This document shows, piece by piece, positions 1 through 8,875 of a stretch of DNA of 58,862 bases. The notes under the pieces are model-generated. The model made no database searches. It saw only the letters and a list, made by a program, of their open reading frames with translations, and was not told the origin of the DNA. This DNA is from Archaeoglobaceae archaeon (GTDB taxonomy: Archaea; Halobacteriota; Archaeoglobi; Archaeoglobales; Archaeoglobaceae). Made by a program: the position numbers and the translations under genes. Position 1 is the stretch's first letter; every line of letters begins with the position of its first letter. The stretch lies in assembly GCA_030153385.1 (NCBI GenBank), contig JASKJN010000001.1:1-58862 (forward strand). The letters are read 5' to 3'.

Positions 1-164
1 CTTTTCGAGTTGTTTGATGATCCATCTGATCTTTTTGTTCGTTAGTTTTCTCACATGAAGTTGGTTGTGGGTAGTGAAATAATTTAGGGATACTACAATC
101 AGTAATATTTTAACTTTTCGCTTATTATTCGTTCTTAAAACTCCAAATTAGTAGAGCTTCGCCG

Positions 165-705
165 ATAATCCATCTACATCCACACACACTAAAACCGCAG
201 CACGCACGTAACACGTCCCCCACATAGCCATTATCACCGCGCACATTTTTTCGCTATCATTCCCATGTAGCCATTTTTCACACTTATCGCCCTATTACGT
301 TATCACTGCACGCGTTTATAAACACATCAGCGAAAATTCCAACCCTTTCCCGAATTACATCATCACATAGGGGCCCTAACATTCGTGCATCAGTATAATC
401 GCGACCCACAATCAAACACACATCTTCGTTATATCACACAGCTCTCCCATACACCGCATCGCATATCAGTAATCATCAACCAATCATCAGTCTGCCATAG
501 AATAGCATATATCATTTATTTACGTAGGCTCCATCCACATTGCAGAGCCAGTATACCACACATTCACAGTCATCTTTATCGCACGACCCAACCTCTTTGT
601 ATCATCACAGTAATACCGTCATCCATATAACCATCTTCCGCTATCATCACAGAACTTCGCAACGATCTTATCTCATTCATTCCCCAAATCCATCCGCATG
701 AAAAA
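165..705. other. ~540-bp non-coding tract, strongly G-depleted on the + strand, with recurring ATCATCA and TCCATCC motifs
   Basis: Hand count gives about 54 G in the 480 nt from 181 to 660 (~11%), while C and A are each about one third. No credible ORF on either strand. ATCATCA occurs 5 times (359, 470, 481, 601, 643). TATCATCACAG is repeated exactly at 600-610 and 642-652. Confidence 0.6.
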
Positions 706-2662
706 TTAATGGAGAATCTTTCCCTTTATTTTTGGCCTATACCTTTTCATCAACAAAGAGTTTGTCACAACAGAAACAGAACTGAGAGCCATTGCAACCG
801 CAGCTATCGTTGGATTCAGTAGAATACCGAAGAACGGATAAAGAACTCCCGCTGCTATCGGTATAGCTGAAATATTGTAGAAAAATGCCCAAAAAAGATT
901 TTGTTTTATCTTCCTGATGGTATAACCGCTCAAATCTATTTATTGCAATGCCAACATCAGCTTGAGCCAGCATAGGAGCATCGTTAATCCCATCGCCAAC
1001 AGCAGCAACAATCTTCCCTTTTTCCTGCATTTTCTTAACTTCTTTAGCCTTTTCCGCAGGTAAAACTCCCGCTATAACATAGTCAACTCCAAGTTGCTTA
1101 GCTATGCTTCTTGCGACCCTTTCATTGTCGCCTGTAATAATGGCAACTTCTTTTTTCATTTTATGCAGACTTTCAACCGCTTCCTTCGAGAACTCTTTCA
1201 GAGTGTCCGCGACAGCGATTATGTCTATTGCTTTCCTATTTTCCGCCACCAGTAGGGCGGTCTTTCCCTCTTCTTCTAATTTTTTCATTTTTCCCTCAAG
1301 ACGGGCAAAGTCTATACCATTCTCCTCCATAAGTTTTCTATTGCCTACAAAAATCCATCTCCCCGAATAATTGGATTTTATTCCCTTACCCGGAATAATT
1401 TCGTAATCCGAAGGTCTGATTTCGGAGATTTCAATTTTCCTTTTTTCAGCCTCCTTTATTATTGCCTCTCCTATCGGATGCTCGGAGCCCTTTTCCGCTA
1501 TGGCAGCCAATCTAATCACTTCGTTTTCTTCATATTCCTCAATTGCGACTATATCGGTAACCTTTGGTTCTCCCACTGTTAGCGTCCCGGTTTTATCAAA
1601 AACTACAATCTGCACTTTATGAGCGGTTTCTAAAGCTCTTGCACTTTTGAAGAGGATATGATTTTCAGCTCCAAGTCCAGTGCCAACCATTACCGCAGTG
1701 GGTGTAGCTAAGCCAAGTGCACAGGGACAGGCAATTATCAGAACTGAAACAAAAATAGTTAGGGCAAAAACAAGTGGCATACGCGCTATGAAAAACCAGT
1801 AGCAAAAAGCTAAAAGCGCTATGGAGATAACGGTGGGAACAAAGTATTTTGAAACCCTATCTGAAAGCAATTGAATGGGCGCTTTTGAAAGCACAGCTTC
1901 TTCAACGATTTTAATTATCTGCGCTAATATTGTGTCTTTTCCAACTCCTGTTGCTCTGATCTTTAGCAAACCTGTCTTGTTAATCGTCCCGCCAATAACT
2001 CTGTCGCCCTCCCTTTTAATGACAGGAATGCTTTCCCCGGTTATTGCCTTTTCATCAACTGCTGATAAGCCATCGATCACGACTCCATCGACGGGGATCT
2101 TCTCGCCTGGTTTTACTAAAACCACGTCCCCAACCTCAACATCTTCAGCAGATACTTCAAATTCTTGTCCATCCTTTATCACTCTGGCTTTATGCGGCTG
2201 AATCCCGATCAATTTTTCCAGAGCAAACGATGTTTTCCCTTTTGTAAGGACCTCCAAATATTTTCCGAGCAATATGAAAAATAGGACGAATGCGGATACC
2301 TCGTAGTAAAGATCATGGACACCATAATCCCCAACCCCGAGCAGTATGGCCAATGAGACCGCTATGCTATAAAAGTAAGCTGCAGAAGTTCCTATAAAAA
2401 TTAAGGAGTCCATGTTTAGAGTTATTTTTATCAAATTCTTGATACCGGAAACGTAGATCCTTAGTGGTGCCAAAATTACGAGCGTGGTTAATATGAACTG
2501 GATTAAAACTTGCAGTGGGGTATTTTCTCTCCAGGGAACAGGTAAACCAATCATTTGGCCCATTGCAAAATAAAGCAGAGGTATTAAGAAAGTAGAAGCA
2601 AATAAAACTCTCCTTTTTAGATCCTTTATTTCTCTTTCCCTCAATTCTCTTTCTAGCTCCAC
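706..2662 (-). pseudogene. copA: P1B-type Cu(I)/heavy-metal-translocating ATPase core (CopA-like), disrupted
   Basis: The 641-aa ORF carries the CPC motif ([13 protein letters not shown]), DKTGTLT and GDGINDAP. The frame breaks right after ADVGIAI (~930) and the protein resumes in another frame (706-933: [17 protein letters not shown] plus the last TM helices). About 28 aa that normally lie between (the GxGTDVA...hinge) are absent. The gene is also cut off from its HMA N-terminus by a frameshift. Confidence 0.8.
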
Positions 2663-2724
2663 TGGCGTTTCTTCTCTTGCCTCAAAGCCAATATCTTCAA
2701 TGGCTTTGGTTAGCTGGTGAACTT

Positions 2725-3108
2725 TTACTTTTTTTTTGGATCAAAAGTTATCACAACTCTTTCAAAAGCAAACTCAGTTTTGACATCCAGAACACCTTCA
2801 ATTTTTCTCAAAGCTCTTTCAACGATTTCTGCACTGCGATTATCCCTTCTGCTAATTTTTAAGTTAGCTTTTCTCATTCCTTCAATTTCTTTACTTTCCT
2901 CGAGAACATCATATCCTGCGTCTCTTATAGCTTTTTTAATTCTATCTACATCGACCTTCTCAGAATCGTACTCGACGAAGGCCTTTTCCAAGGCAAAATT
3001 AACATTAGCCTTCACACTTGGTAATTTGTTCAAATTCTCCTCTATTGTCTGGGCACAGATAGCACAATGCATCCCTCTTATTCCTAAAACGAGTTTTTCC
3101 TTCGGCAT
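2725..3108 (-). CDS. HMA (heavy-metal-associated) domain protein; detached N-terminus of the copA gene
   Basis: The first HMA fold has GMHCAICAQ (CxxC). A second HMA-like fold lacks the Cys pair ([10 protein letters not shown]). The ORF stops inside an A9 run (T9 on +, 2729-2737). The next frame continues seamlessly as [17 protein letters not shown]... into the ATPase core. Confidence 0.7.
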   Translation of the reverse strand: MPKEKLVLGIRGMHCAICAQTIEENLNKLPSVKANVNFALEKAFVEYDSEKVDVDRIKKAIRDAGYDVLEESKEIEGMRKANLKISRRDNRSAEIVERALRKIEGVLDVKTEFAFERVVITFDPKKK

Positions 3109-3180
3109 TTAATCACCTACATTCATCTATTTCTCCTATCTTACAGGTTAACGAGGATAGTATAAGAATTTGCTTTCTCT

Positions 3181-5382
3181 CTAGAAATATATTTGAACTA
3201 ACTCCTTTAACAGCTTTCTTACCTCATCTACTGACTCCAAATTAAACCTCGCTTTTGAAGATCTTAAACCAACTTTTATAGAGTACGCCGATTCTGGAAG
3301 CACAGCAAAAACGTCTTCATCGGTCCAGTCATCGCCTATGGCTAAGATGAAATCCCATTTCTTCTTTGAAATCCATCTCAACGCAGCTCTACCCTTGTTT
3401 ATACCGGCATTCTTAACCTCGATCACCTTGTCTCCCTCCAAAACTTCAAGATCAAGGTTCATAGTAAGGTGCAGAAGAGCTTCCCTCAACTCCCTTGCCC
3501 TTATTGAGCTCAACTCAGGATCCGCTTTCCGGTAATGCCAGACAATAGAGAAATCCTTCTCTTCAATAAAAGTGCCAGGAGTTCTATCTACGTATAATTC
3601 AAGAATTGGTCTTATTTCGTTCTTCCAGTCATTTCTTAGAGGCTCTATAGTCTCCCATGTCTTTCCATCCTTAATCCATGCGCCGTGTTCAGCAACCAGC
3701 CCAACATTTAAGCCACCAAACCACTCTTCTAATGTGTCCTTGCTCCTACCACTCACGATTACAATCTCATTTCCAGGCTTCTGACTAAGAGCTTCAAGCA
3801 GCTTTAGGAGTTCAATATCAGGTTTTGCCTTCTGTGGCTTTTCTGCAAATGGAACGAGGGTCCCATCATAGTCTAATAGGATCAGCCTGCTACTGCTTTT
3901 GGAGTAATCGCTAATAAGCCTCTTTCTGATTTCATCTGTGAGCTTTCTTACGCGAAGTTCTTGCTGGATCCGCTTAATGTAAAGAAGCCTATCGATGAAG
4001 TCATTTCCCCACCGCACTATATTGTAGCGCCGTATTCTGTTCTGCATAGCTCTATTTCGTTCTATTTGCTCCTCATCGGGCATAGTTAGGGCATACTTCA
4101 ATGCTTCCGCAATTCTCTCCTTGTTATTTGGATTTACTATAATTGCCTCCCCTAATTCTCCAGATGCTCCAGCTGTTTCGCTGAGAATCAAAACACCTTT
4201 ACCATCGGTTTTAGTTGCAATAAACTCCTTAGCCATTAAGTTCATCCCATCCCTTAATGGAGTAATAAGGGCGATGTCTGCAATGCTGTATAAAGCAACA
4301 AGGCTATGGAAGGGCAGATAACGATATAAGTATTTGATCGGCACCCAATCAATAGTTCCATGTTTTCCATTAATTCTACCAACAAGCTCATCGATCTCCT
4401 TCTTCAACTGTGCGTAGTGCTCAACCTTTGTACGCGAGGGAACAACTACTAAGATAAGAACAACCTTCTCCCTATATTCTGGGTTCCTTTCTAAAAAAAG
4501 ATCAAACGCCTCTAAGCGTAAAGGTATGCCCTTTGTATAGTCCAACCGATCAATTGATATGATCACTTTATGCTTTCCTAATTCCTTACGGATCCTCTTC
4601 ACTTCCTTATCAACTTCTGGATGAAGTGCGGCGTTAGCGAAGTGATCATAGTCTATACCCATGGGAAACGCATCTACCTTCACAACACGATTACCAAGAA
4701 GTATCTGGCCAAGGGTATGCTCATAACCCAATAGACGGCGAACGCTATCAAGAAGGTGTCGAACGTAGTCGTATGTATGAAATCCTACAAGGTCAGCTCC
4801 CATAAGTCCTTCTACAATCTCCCTACGCCATGGGAGTAATCGAAACACTTCAAAGGATGGAAAAGGTATGTGGAGAAAGAAACCTATTGTTGCTTCAGGC
4901 AGTTTCTCCCTTAGTAGCTTTGGAAGCAACATCAGATGATAATCGTGAATCCAAATGATGTCGTCTGGTTCAGCAACCTTAACGATTGCATCGCAGAAAA
5001 GCTCATTCACACGCTTGTAAGCTTTCCATAAGTTCTCGCTGTATACCGCATACTGGGGGAAGTAGTGGAATAGGGGCCAAATGGTTTTGTTGCAGAAACC
5101 GTTGTAGTATTCTTCGACGTCACGTCGGGAGAGAAAAACAGGATAGCAGTTTTCAGATAATAGTTTAGCTTTAATATCTTCCTTCTTGTCCTTTACCTCT
5201 TCTAAAGATATTCCAGGCCATCCGATCCACAAGCTTCGGTACGATTTATAGAAAGAACCCAATCCTGTAGCCAAACCACCTGTGCTGGGTTGAAAATAAA
5301 GCTTATCTTTTCTTTTTACCACACTGACTGGCAATCTATTCGAGACCAACAATAACCTTCTTGTAGTTAATTCCATAGTCAC
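3181..5382 (-). CDS. otsA: Bifunctional trehalose-6-phosphate synthase (GT20) / trehalose-6-phosphate phosphatase (HAD) fusion
   Basis: N-terminal LLLVSNRLPVSV, GGLATGL and WIGWPG are typical of OtsA. The C-terminal third has HAD motifs LLDYDGTLVP and GDDWTDEDVF, typical of OtsB. Confidence 0.85.
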   Translation of the reverse strand: MTMELTTRRLLLVSNRLPVSVVKRKDKLYFQPSTGGLATGLGSFYKSYRSLWIGWPGISLEEVKDKKEDIKAKLLSENCYPVFLSRRDVEEYYNGFCNKTIWPLFHYFPQYAVYSENLWKAYKRVNELFCDAIVKVAEPDDIIWIHDYHLMLLPKLLREKLPEATIGFFLHIPFPSFEVFRLLPWRREIVEGLMGADLVGFHTYDYVRHLLDSVRRLLGYEHTLGQILLGNRVVKVDAFPMGIDYDHFANAALHPEVDKEVKRIRKELGKHKVIISIDRLDYTKGIPLRLEAFDLFLERNPEYREKVVLILVVVPSRTKVEHYAQLKKEIDELVGRINGKHGTIDWVPIKYLYRYLPFHSLVALYSIADIALITPLRDGMNLMAKEFIATKTDGKGVLILSETAGASGELGEAIIVNPNNKERIAEALKYALTMPDEEQIERNRAMQNRIRRYNIVRWGNDFIDRLLYIKRIQQELRVRKLTDEIRKRLISDYSKSSSRLILLDYDGTLVPFAEKPQKAKPDIELLKLLEALSQKPGNEIVIVSGRSKDTLEEWFGGLNVGLVAEHGAWIKDGKTWETIEPLRNDWKNEIRPILELYVDRTPGTFIEEKDFSIVWHYRKADPELSSIRARELREALLHLTMNLDLEVLEGDKVIEVKNAGINKGRAALRWISKKKWDFILAIGDDWTDEDVFAVLPESAYSIKVGLRSSKARFNLESVDEVRKLLKELVQIYF

Positions 5383-5511
5383 ATAATCAAACTACGTTAT
5401 TTAATACTTTTCCAGAAAGCTTGGAGATTATATAGGCACTTAAAGACCTACGCAAGCCTTGAAGAAGCTCAGCCACTCTTTAGTTCATCAATAGGTTAAA
5501 AGACTTTGAAA

Positions 5512-5670
5512 TGCCTTTGAAGAACAAACAAAGGTAAGATTTGTTAGAGGCTACCATGCATCTAAGTCATGTGCCAAAGGGGAATTAGATTGAATCGAAG
5601 AGATCGACCCTGAGTTCATCATACCTGCCCATACAGAAAACCCTTCATGGTTCAAGGAGAACTTTTAAAA
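5512..5670 (+). pseudogene. Possible relic of the C-terminus of a metallo-beta-lactamase-fold / beta-CASP-like hydrolase
   Basis: One frame reads VRFVRGYHASKSCAKGELD*IEEIDPEFIIPAHTENPSWFKENF*. This resembles the SGHAxxxEL...P..IIP.H.E C-terminal pattern but has an in-frame TGA (5593-5595) and no upstream body. It lies in a 380-bp gap otherwise free of ORFs. Confidence 0.25.
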
Positions 5671-5764
5671 CGCAAGGGTGCTGAAAAATGGTGAAAGCTT
5701 TGGATTTTAACAGTCTTCTGGAATTGGGAATATTTGGAGAACGAGAAGGTTAATGAAAGAGAAA

Positions 5765-6274
5765 TTAAGCCAGCCCTTTAACATGGCTTAGGATGTGTCT
5801 AATTGAACCCTTTATTATCTCCAAACCAAGTGAAACTGCCTTTTTTGAGCCAGGGAGACAGAAAACCACCCTCCCGTTTATTATTCCTGCGGTCGCCCTT
5901 GAGAGGATCGCAGAATAGCCGATCTCTTTAAAACTGAGCATTCTAAAAATCTCACCGAAGCCATCTATTTTCTTTTCAAACAGTTCTTCAACAGCTTCAA
6001 TTGTCAAATCCTTTGGATTAAGGCCTGTACCGCCTGTTAAAATGCAAAGATCCGCCTTTTTGAGTGCCTCATAAACCGCAGTTCTTATATCCAAAATTTT
6101 GTCGGGAACAAGCCAGTAGTCTACAACCTTATCTTTGAAGGAATTTAAGATCTCTTTTCCCGATTCATCGTCTTCCGGAATCTTCTCAACACCTCTCAGG
6201 AAGCCGTACCTCTCGAATCTTGAAGTTGAAACTGTTATTATTGCAACTCTGTAATCAACCTCTCGCTCATGCAT
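5765..6274 (-). CDS. moaB: Molybdenum cofactor biosynthesis protein B (MoaB/Mog family)
   Basis: VAIITVSTSR ... LTGGTGLNPKD motifs. The ATG at 6274 overlaps the fen stop (TGATG); an alternative GTG lies at 6283. Confidence 0.8.
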   Translation of the reverse strand: MHEREVDYRVAIITVSTSRFERYGFLRGVEKIPEDDESGKEILNSFKDKVVDYWLVPDKILDIRTAVYEALKKADLCILTGGTGLNPKDLTIEAVEELFEKKIDGFGEIFRMLSFKEIGYSAILSRATAGIINGRVVFCLPGSKKAVSLGLEIIKGSIRHILSHVKGLA

Positions 6275-7281
6275 CAAAACCACCTTTCCAGTGTGAACTG
6301 GGCGGGCTTTATTTTGAGCTTCTCAATAGCCTTTTCAACCCTCTCCCTGCTGAAGTCATGCTCCTCACAGAGCATTTCGACGATCTTATCTTTCTGTGGC
6401 TCCAAGAACTCCACTTTATAATCATCGGTAACCTTGGGATTCAGGAAAAAGTCCCTGATAGCTTCCAAATTTTCGATCTCTGCTTTTATGGCCTTTAAAG
6501 CTTTAAAAATATCTCCATAAGTTTTTATATAACTGTAAGCTTTCTTTGCTCCTACTCCCTTGATCCCCTCGTTGTAATCTGTTCCGCAAAGAATTGCTAT
6601 GTCCACAAGCTGTTCTCTCGTTATCCCGAGCTTTTTCAGATTCTCTTCAAGTGATATTATCTCTGGATTTACGTCCACATAGATATTTTTCCCGGGGAGC
6701 TTTCTTTTTCCAGTTATTGCCAGATTTCTCGCAAGCATCTTGCCTCCAAAGAGGAGTGAGTCGTAATCCTGACTGCCCACAAAGTCCGCATCTCCTTTTT
6801 TAACCATGTGAGCAGCCTGTGCCTCTCCCTCGCACGGTGCCTGCACGACGGGGATCCCCATATAGCCTAGAAGTCTCTTGGAACTCTCCACTATATACTC
6901 ATCAACCCTTGCAGAAGCTTGGGCGTATTTTTTGGCATATTCCTCTCCACTCTGGATAGCCTCAATCCATTTCTCTTCCGCCTCAGCTCTTCTCTTTTTT
7001 CTTTCCTCGATTTCAGCCTTTTTGAAATCTGGCGGTTCACCATCGAATACGAAGATTGGTCTTATACCGATCTCGACCATGTTTGTCACTCGATACAGTA
7101 TCCCGGAGAGATGTGAAGTAATTCTCCCCTGGGAATCTTTCAAAGGTGTCCCATCAGGCTGTCTTATGGTGGAGATGAACTGATAAAGCGTGTTGAAAGC
7201 ATCTATGGCGATTTTCCTTCCAGAGAAATAGCTTAACTCGACTTCATTCCTCTCAAGCAGATCGCCAATATCCGCACCCAT
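6274..7281 (-). CDS. fen: Flap endonuclease 1 (FEN-1)
   Basis: MGADIGDLL...KIAIDAFNTLYQF N-domain, I-domain acidic residues and a helix-3-turn-helix region. The 335-aa length is typical of archaeal FEN1. Confidence 0.95.
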   Translation of the reverse strand: MGADIGDLLERNEVELSYFSGRKIAIDAFNTLYQFISTIRQPDGTPLKDSQGRITSHLSGILYRVTNMVEIGIRPIFVFDGEPPDFKKAEIEERKKRRAEAEEKWIEAIQSGEEYAKKYAQASARVDEYIVESSKRLLGYMGIPVVQAPCEGEAQAAHMVKKGDADFVGSQDYDSLLFGGKMLARNLAITGKRKLPGKNIYVDVNPEIISLEENLKKLGITREQLVDIAILCGTDYNEGIKGVGAKKAYSYIKTYGDIFKALKAIKAEIENLEAIRDFFLNPKVTDDYKVEFLEPQKDKIVEMLCEEHDFSRERVEKAIEKLKIKPAQFTLERWF

Positions 7282-7363
7282 ATTTAAAGTTTCTCTTCAT
7301 GGTTTAAAGCTTTTTAGCAAAAAGCAATACCGATTGATTTATTTTCTCAGGTCAATTGTATTC

Positions 7364-8095
7364 ATGCTCTTCGATCTTCATGTCCACACAGAGGGAATGG
7401 GGCTCTTGGAGCTGAAAAAATTGCGTGAAAGTGGAGTAACTGGGATTTGTAGCTTAAGTTTTTATCCCATAAAACCTCTTTTTCCCCAAACGCTGATCGA
7501 TGAGTTCAGAAGACTTGAAGAATTCGAAAAGCTTCGCTGTTCAATGGTTGAGATAGAGATGTTCCCTGCGGTTGGAATTCATCCGAGATGCATTCCCCCT
7601 GACTATGAAACCGTGCTCGAACATCTTGAAGCGAATGATTGGGTCGCGTTTGGCGAGATAGGGCTTGAAACTGGCAGTGAGATCGAGCAGGACGTTCTCA
7701 GGAAGCAATTGAAGATTGCAATAACAAAAGATATCCCCTGTGTGATCCACACACCAGGCGGAAACAAAAGGAAGATAACGGAAAAGACTCTTGAAATTCT
7801 GAAAGAGCTTGAGTTTCCGAACGAGCTCGCGGTAATCGATCATACAAGCTTTGAAAATCTCGATTTGATCTCAAAAAGCGGTTTCTGGGTTGGCCTAACA
7901 GTTCAGCGTGGTAAGCTGAATTCGGGGGAGGCGGTAAAAATTGTAAGAGAAATTGGGGAAGATAGATGCATCGTAAACAGCGACGCTGGTTTTGGCCACA
8001 CTATGCTCGATACAGTTGCGGAAACTGCGCGTATCCTGGGAAAAGAAGCGAAGAAAGTTTGTTATGAAAATCCGAGGAAATTCTTGGGTGTCTGA
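7364..8095 (+). CDS. TatD-family metal-dependent hydrolase
   Basis: Starts with the [11 protein letters not shown] (HxH) motif, followed by the GEIGLE motif. The ATG at 7364 is preferred over the TTG at 7334. Confidence 0.7.
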   Translation: MLFDLHVHTEGMGLLELKKLRESGVTGICSLSFYPIKPLFPQTLIDEFRRLEEFEKLRCSMVEIEMFPAVGIHPRCIPPDYETVLEHLEANDWVAFGEIGLETGSEIEQDVLRKQLKIAITKDIPCVIHTPGGNKRKITEKTLEILKELEFPNELAVIDHTSFENLDLISKSGFWVGLTVQRGKLNSGEAVKIVREIGEDRCIVNSDAGFGHTMLDTVAETARILGKEAKKVCYENPRKFLGV

Positions 8096-8096
8096 A

Positions 8097-8543
8097 ATGC
8101 GACCTACGCTTGACGAATACTTCATGGAAATAGCAAGAGTTGCTGCGAAGCGCTCAACCTGTCTCAGGCAAAAAGTTGGTGCGGTGATTGTGAAAGATAA
8201 GCGAATTTTGGCCACCGGTTACAATGGAGCCCCTTCGAATCTTCCTCACTGCGAAGAAGTCGGTTGCATGAGAGAAAAGCTTCAGGTTCCGAGCGGTGAA
8301 AGACAAGAACTTTGCAGAGGTGTGCATGCAGAGCAGAATGCGATACTGCAGGCTGCGAAGTTTGGAATTAGCGTAGAGGGTGCAACCCTATACTCGACAC
8401 ACTGTCCCTGTATAACATGCGCGAAGATTATAATAAATGCAGGAATAAAATGTGTCGTCTATGGCAAAGAATATGCGGACAAAAATGGACTTAAACTGCT
8501 TGAGGAAGCGGGAGTTGAGGTGAGATATTTTGCAAGTGAGTGA
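8097..8543 (+). CDS. dCMP deaminase (cytidine/deoxycytidylate deaminase zinc-binding family)
   Basis: HAEQNA and [10 protein letters not shown] zinc motifs, with [15 protein letters not shown] at the N-terminus. The ATG lies 1 nt after the TatD stop. Confidence 0.85.
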   Translation: MRPTLDEYFMEIARVAAKRSTCLRQKVGAVIVKDKRILATGYNGAPSNLPHCEEVGCMREKLQVPSGERQELCRGVHAEQNAILQAAKFGISVEGATLYSTHCPCITCAKIIINAGIKCVVYGKEYADKNGLKLLEEAGVEVRYFASE

Positions 8544-8693
8544 TCACTTACCCTTTCTTTCCTTTGACTTTGGTCTCAGGCCACGATATCCGCACTTCCT
8601 GCAAGTCTTCGCCTTTATTGGATTCCTTGCGTTGCATCTCATGCAGATCTTCACGTTTAATAATCTCGCTTCTGCTTCTGGAAATCTTGCCAT
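8544..8693 (-). CDS. rpl40e: 50S ribosomal protein L40e (49 aa; below the ORF-track cutoff)
   Basis: Hand translation gives [49 protein letters not shown], the characteristic L40e sequence with a CxxC...CxxC zinc ribbon. Confidence 0.85.
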   Translation of the reverse strand: MARFPEAEARLLNVKICMRCNARNPIKAKTCRKCGYRGLRPKSKERKGK

Positions 8694-8712
8694 GACCTCA
8701 ATGCTACACTGA

Positions 8713-8721
8713 GTATATAAA
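8713..8721 (-). promoter_or_regulatory. TATA box for rpl40e (probably a leaderless mRNA)
   Basis: TTTATATAC on the minus strand, centred about 24 nt upstream of the ATG at 8693. Confidence 0.4.
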
Positions 8722-8784
8722 TCCTTCCCGAGATCATCCGTATGGGAAAGCTTAAAAAATGAAAGTATAACAACGTGGAAGGGT

Positions 8785-8857
8785 GCCGCCGTGGCTCAGC
8801 TGGGAGAGCGGGTGACTTGTAATCACCAGGTCGCGGGTTCAAAGCCCGCCGGCGGCT
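8785..8857 (+). tRNA. tRNA-Thr (anticodon UGU)
   Basis: Cloverleaf folded by hand. Acceptor GCCGCCG/CGGCGGC, D-stem GCTC/GAGC, anticodon stem GGTGA/TCACC with loop CTTGTAA, T-stem GCGGG/CCCGC with loop TTCAAAG. 73 nt, CCA not encoded. Confidence 0.9.
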
Positions 8858-8875
8858 TTGTTTGAAAATCTCGGT

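Noticed and set aside
1-25. Possible gene start on the minus strand (ATG at 25: MDHQTTRK...) running off the left edge.
   Set aside because: Only 8 codons are visible, which is not enough to support a call.
385-630. 81-aa His/Ile/Thr-rich ORF next to copA; briefly considered as a His-rich metal-binding peptide.
   Set aside because: It is a composition artefact. With about 11% G, TAG and TGA stops are rare, so long open frames are expected. It has a GTG start and no ribosome-binding site or promoter context. All three frames give similar low-complexity products.
1875-2201. Antisense shadow ORFs inside well-supported genes (also 17749-18126, 22427-22870, 27790-28161, 48439-48801, 51171-51653 and others).
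   Set aside because: They lie opposite strongly supported CDSs. Their products are Ser/Leu/Phe/Ile-rich and low in complexity, with no motifs.
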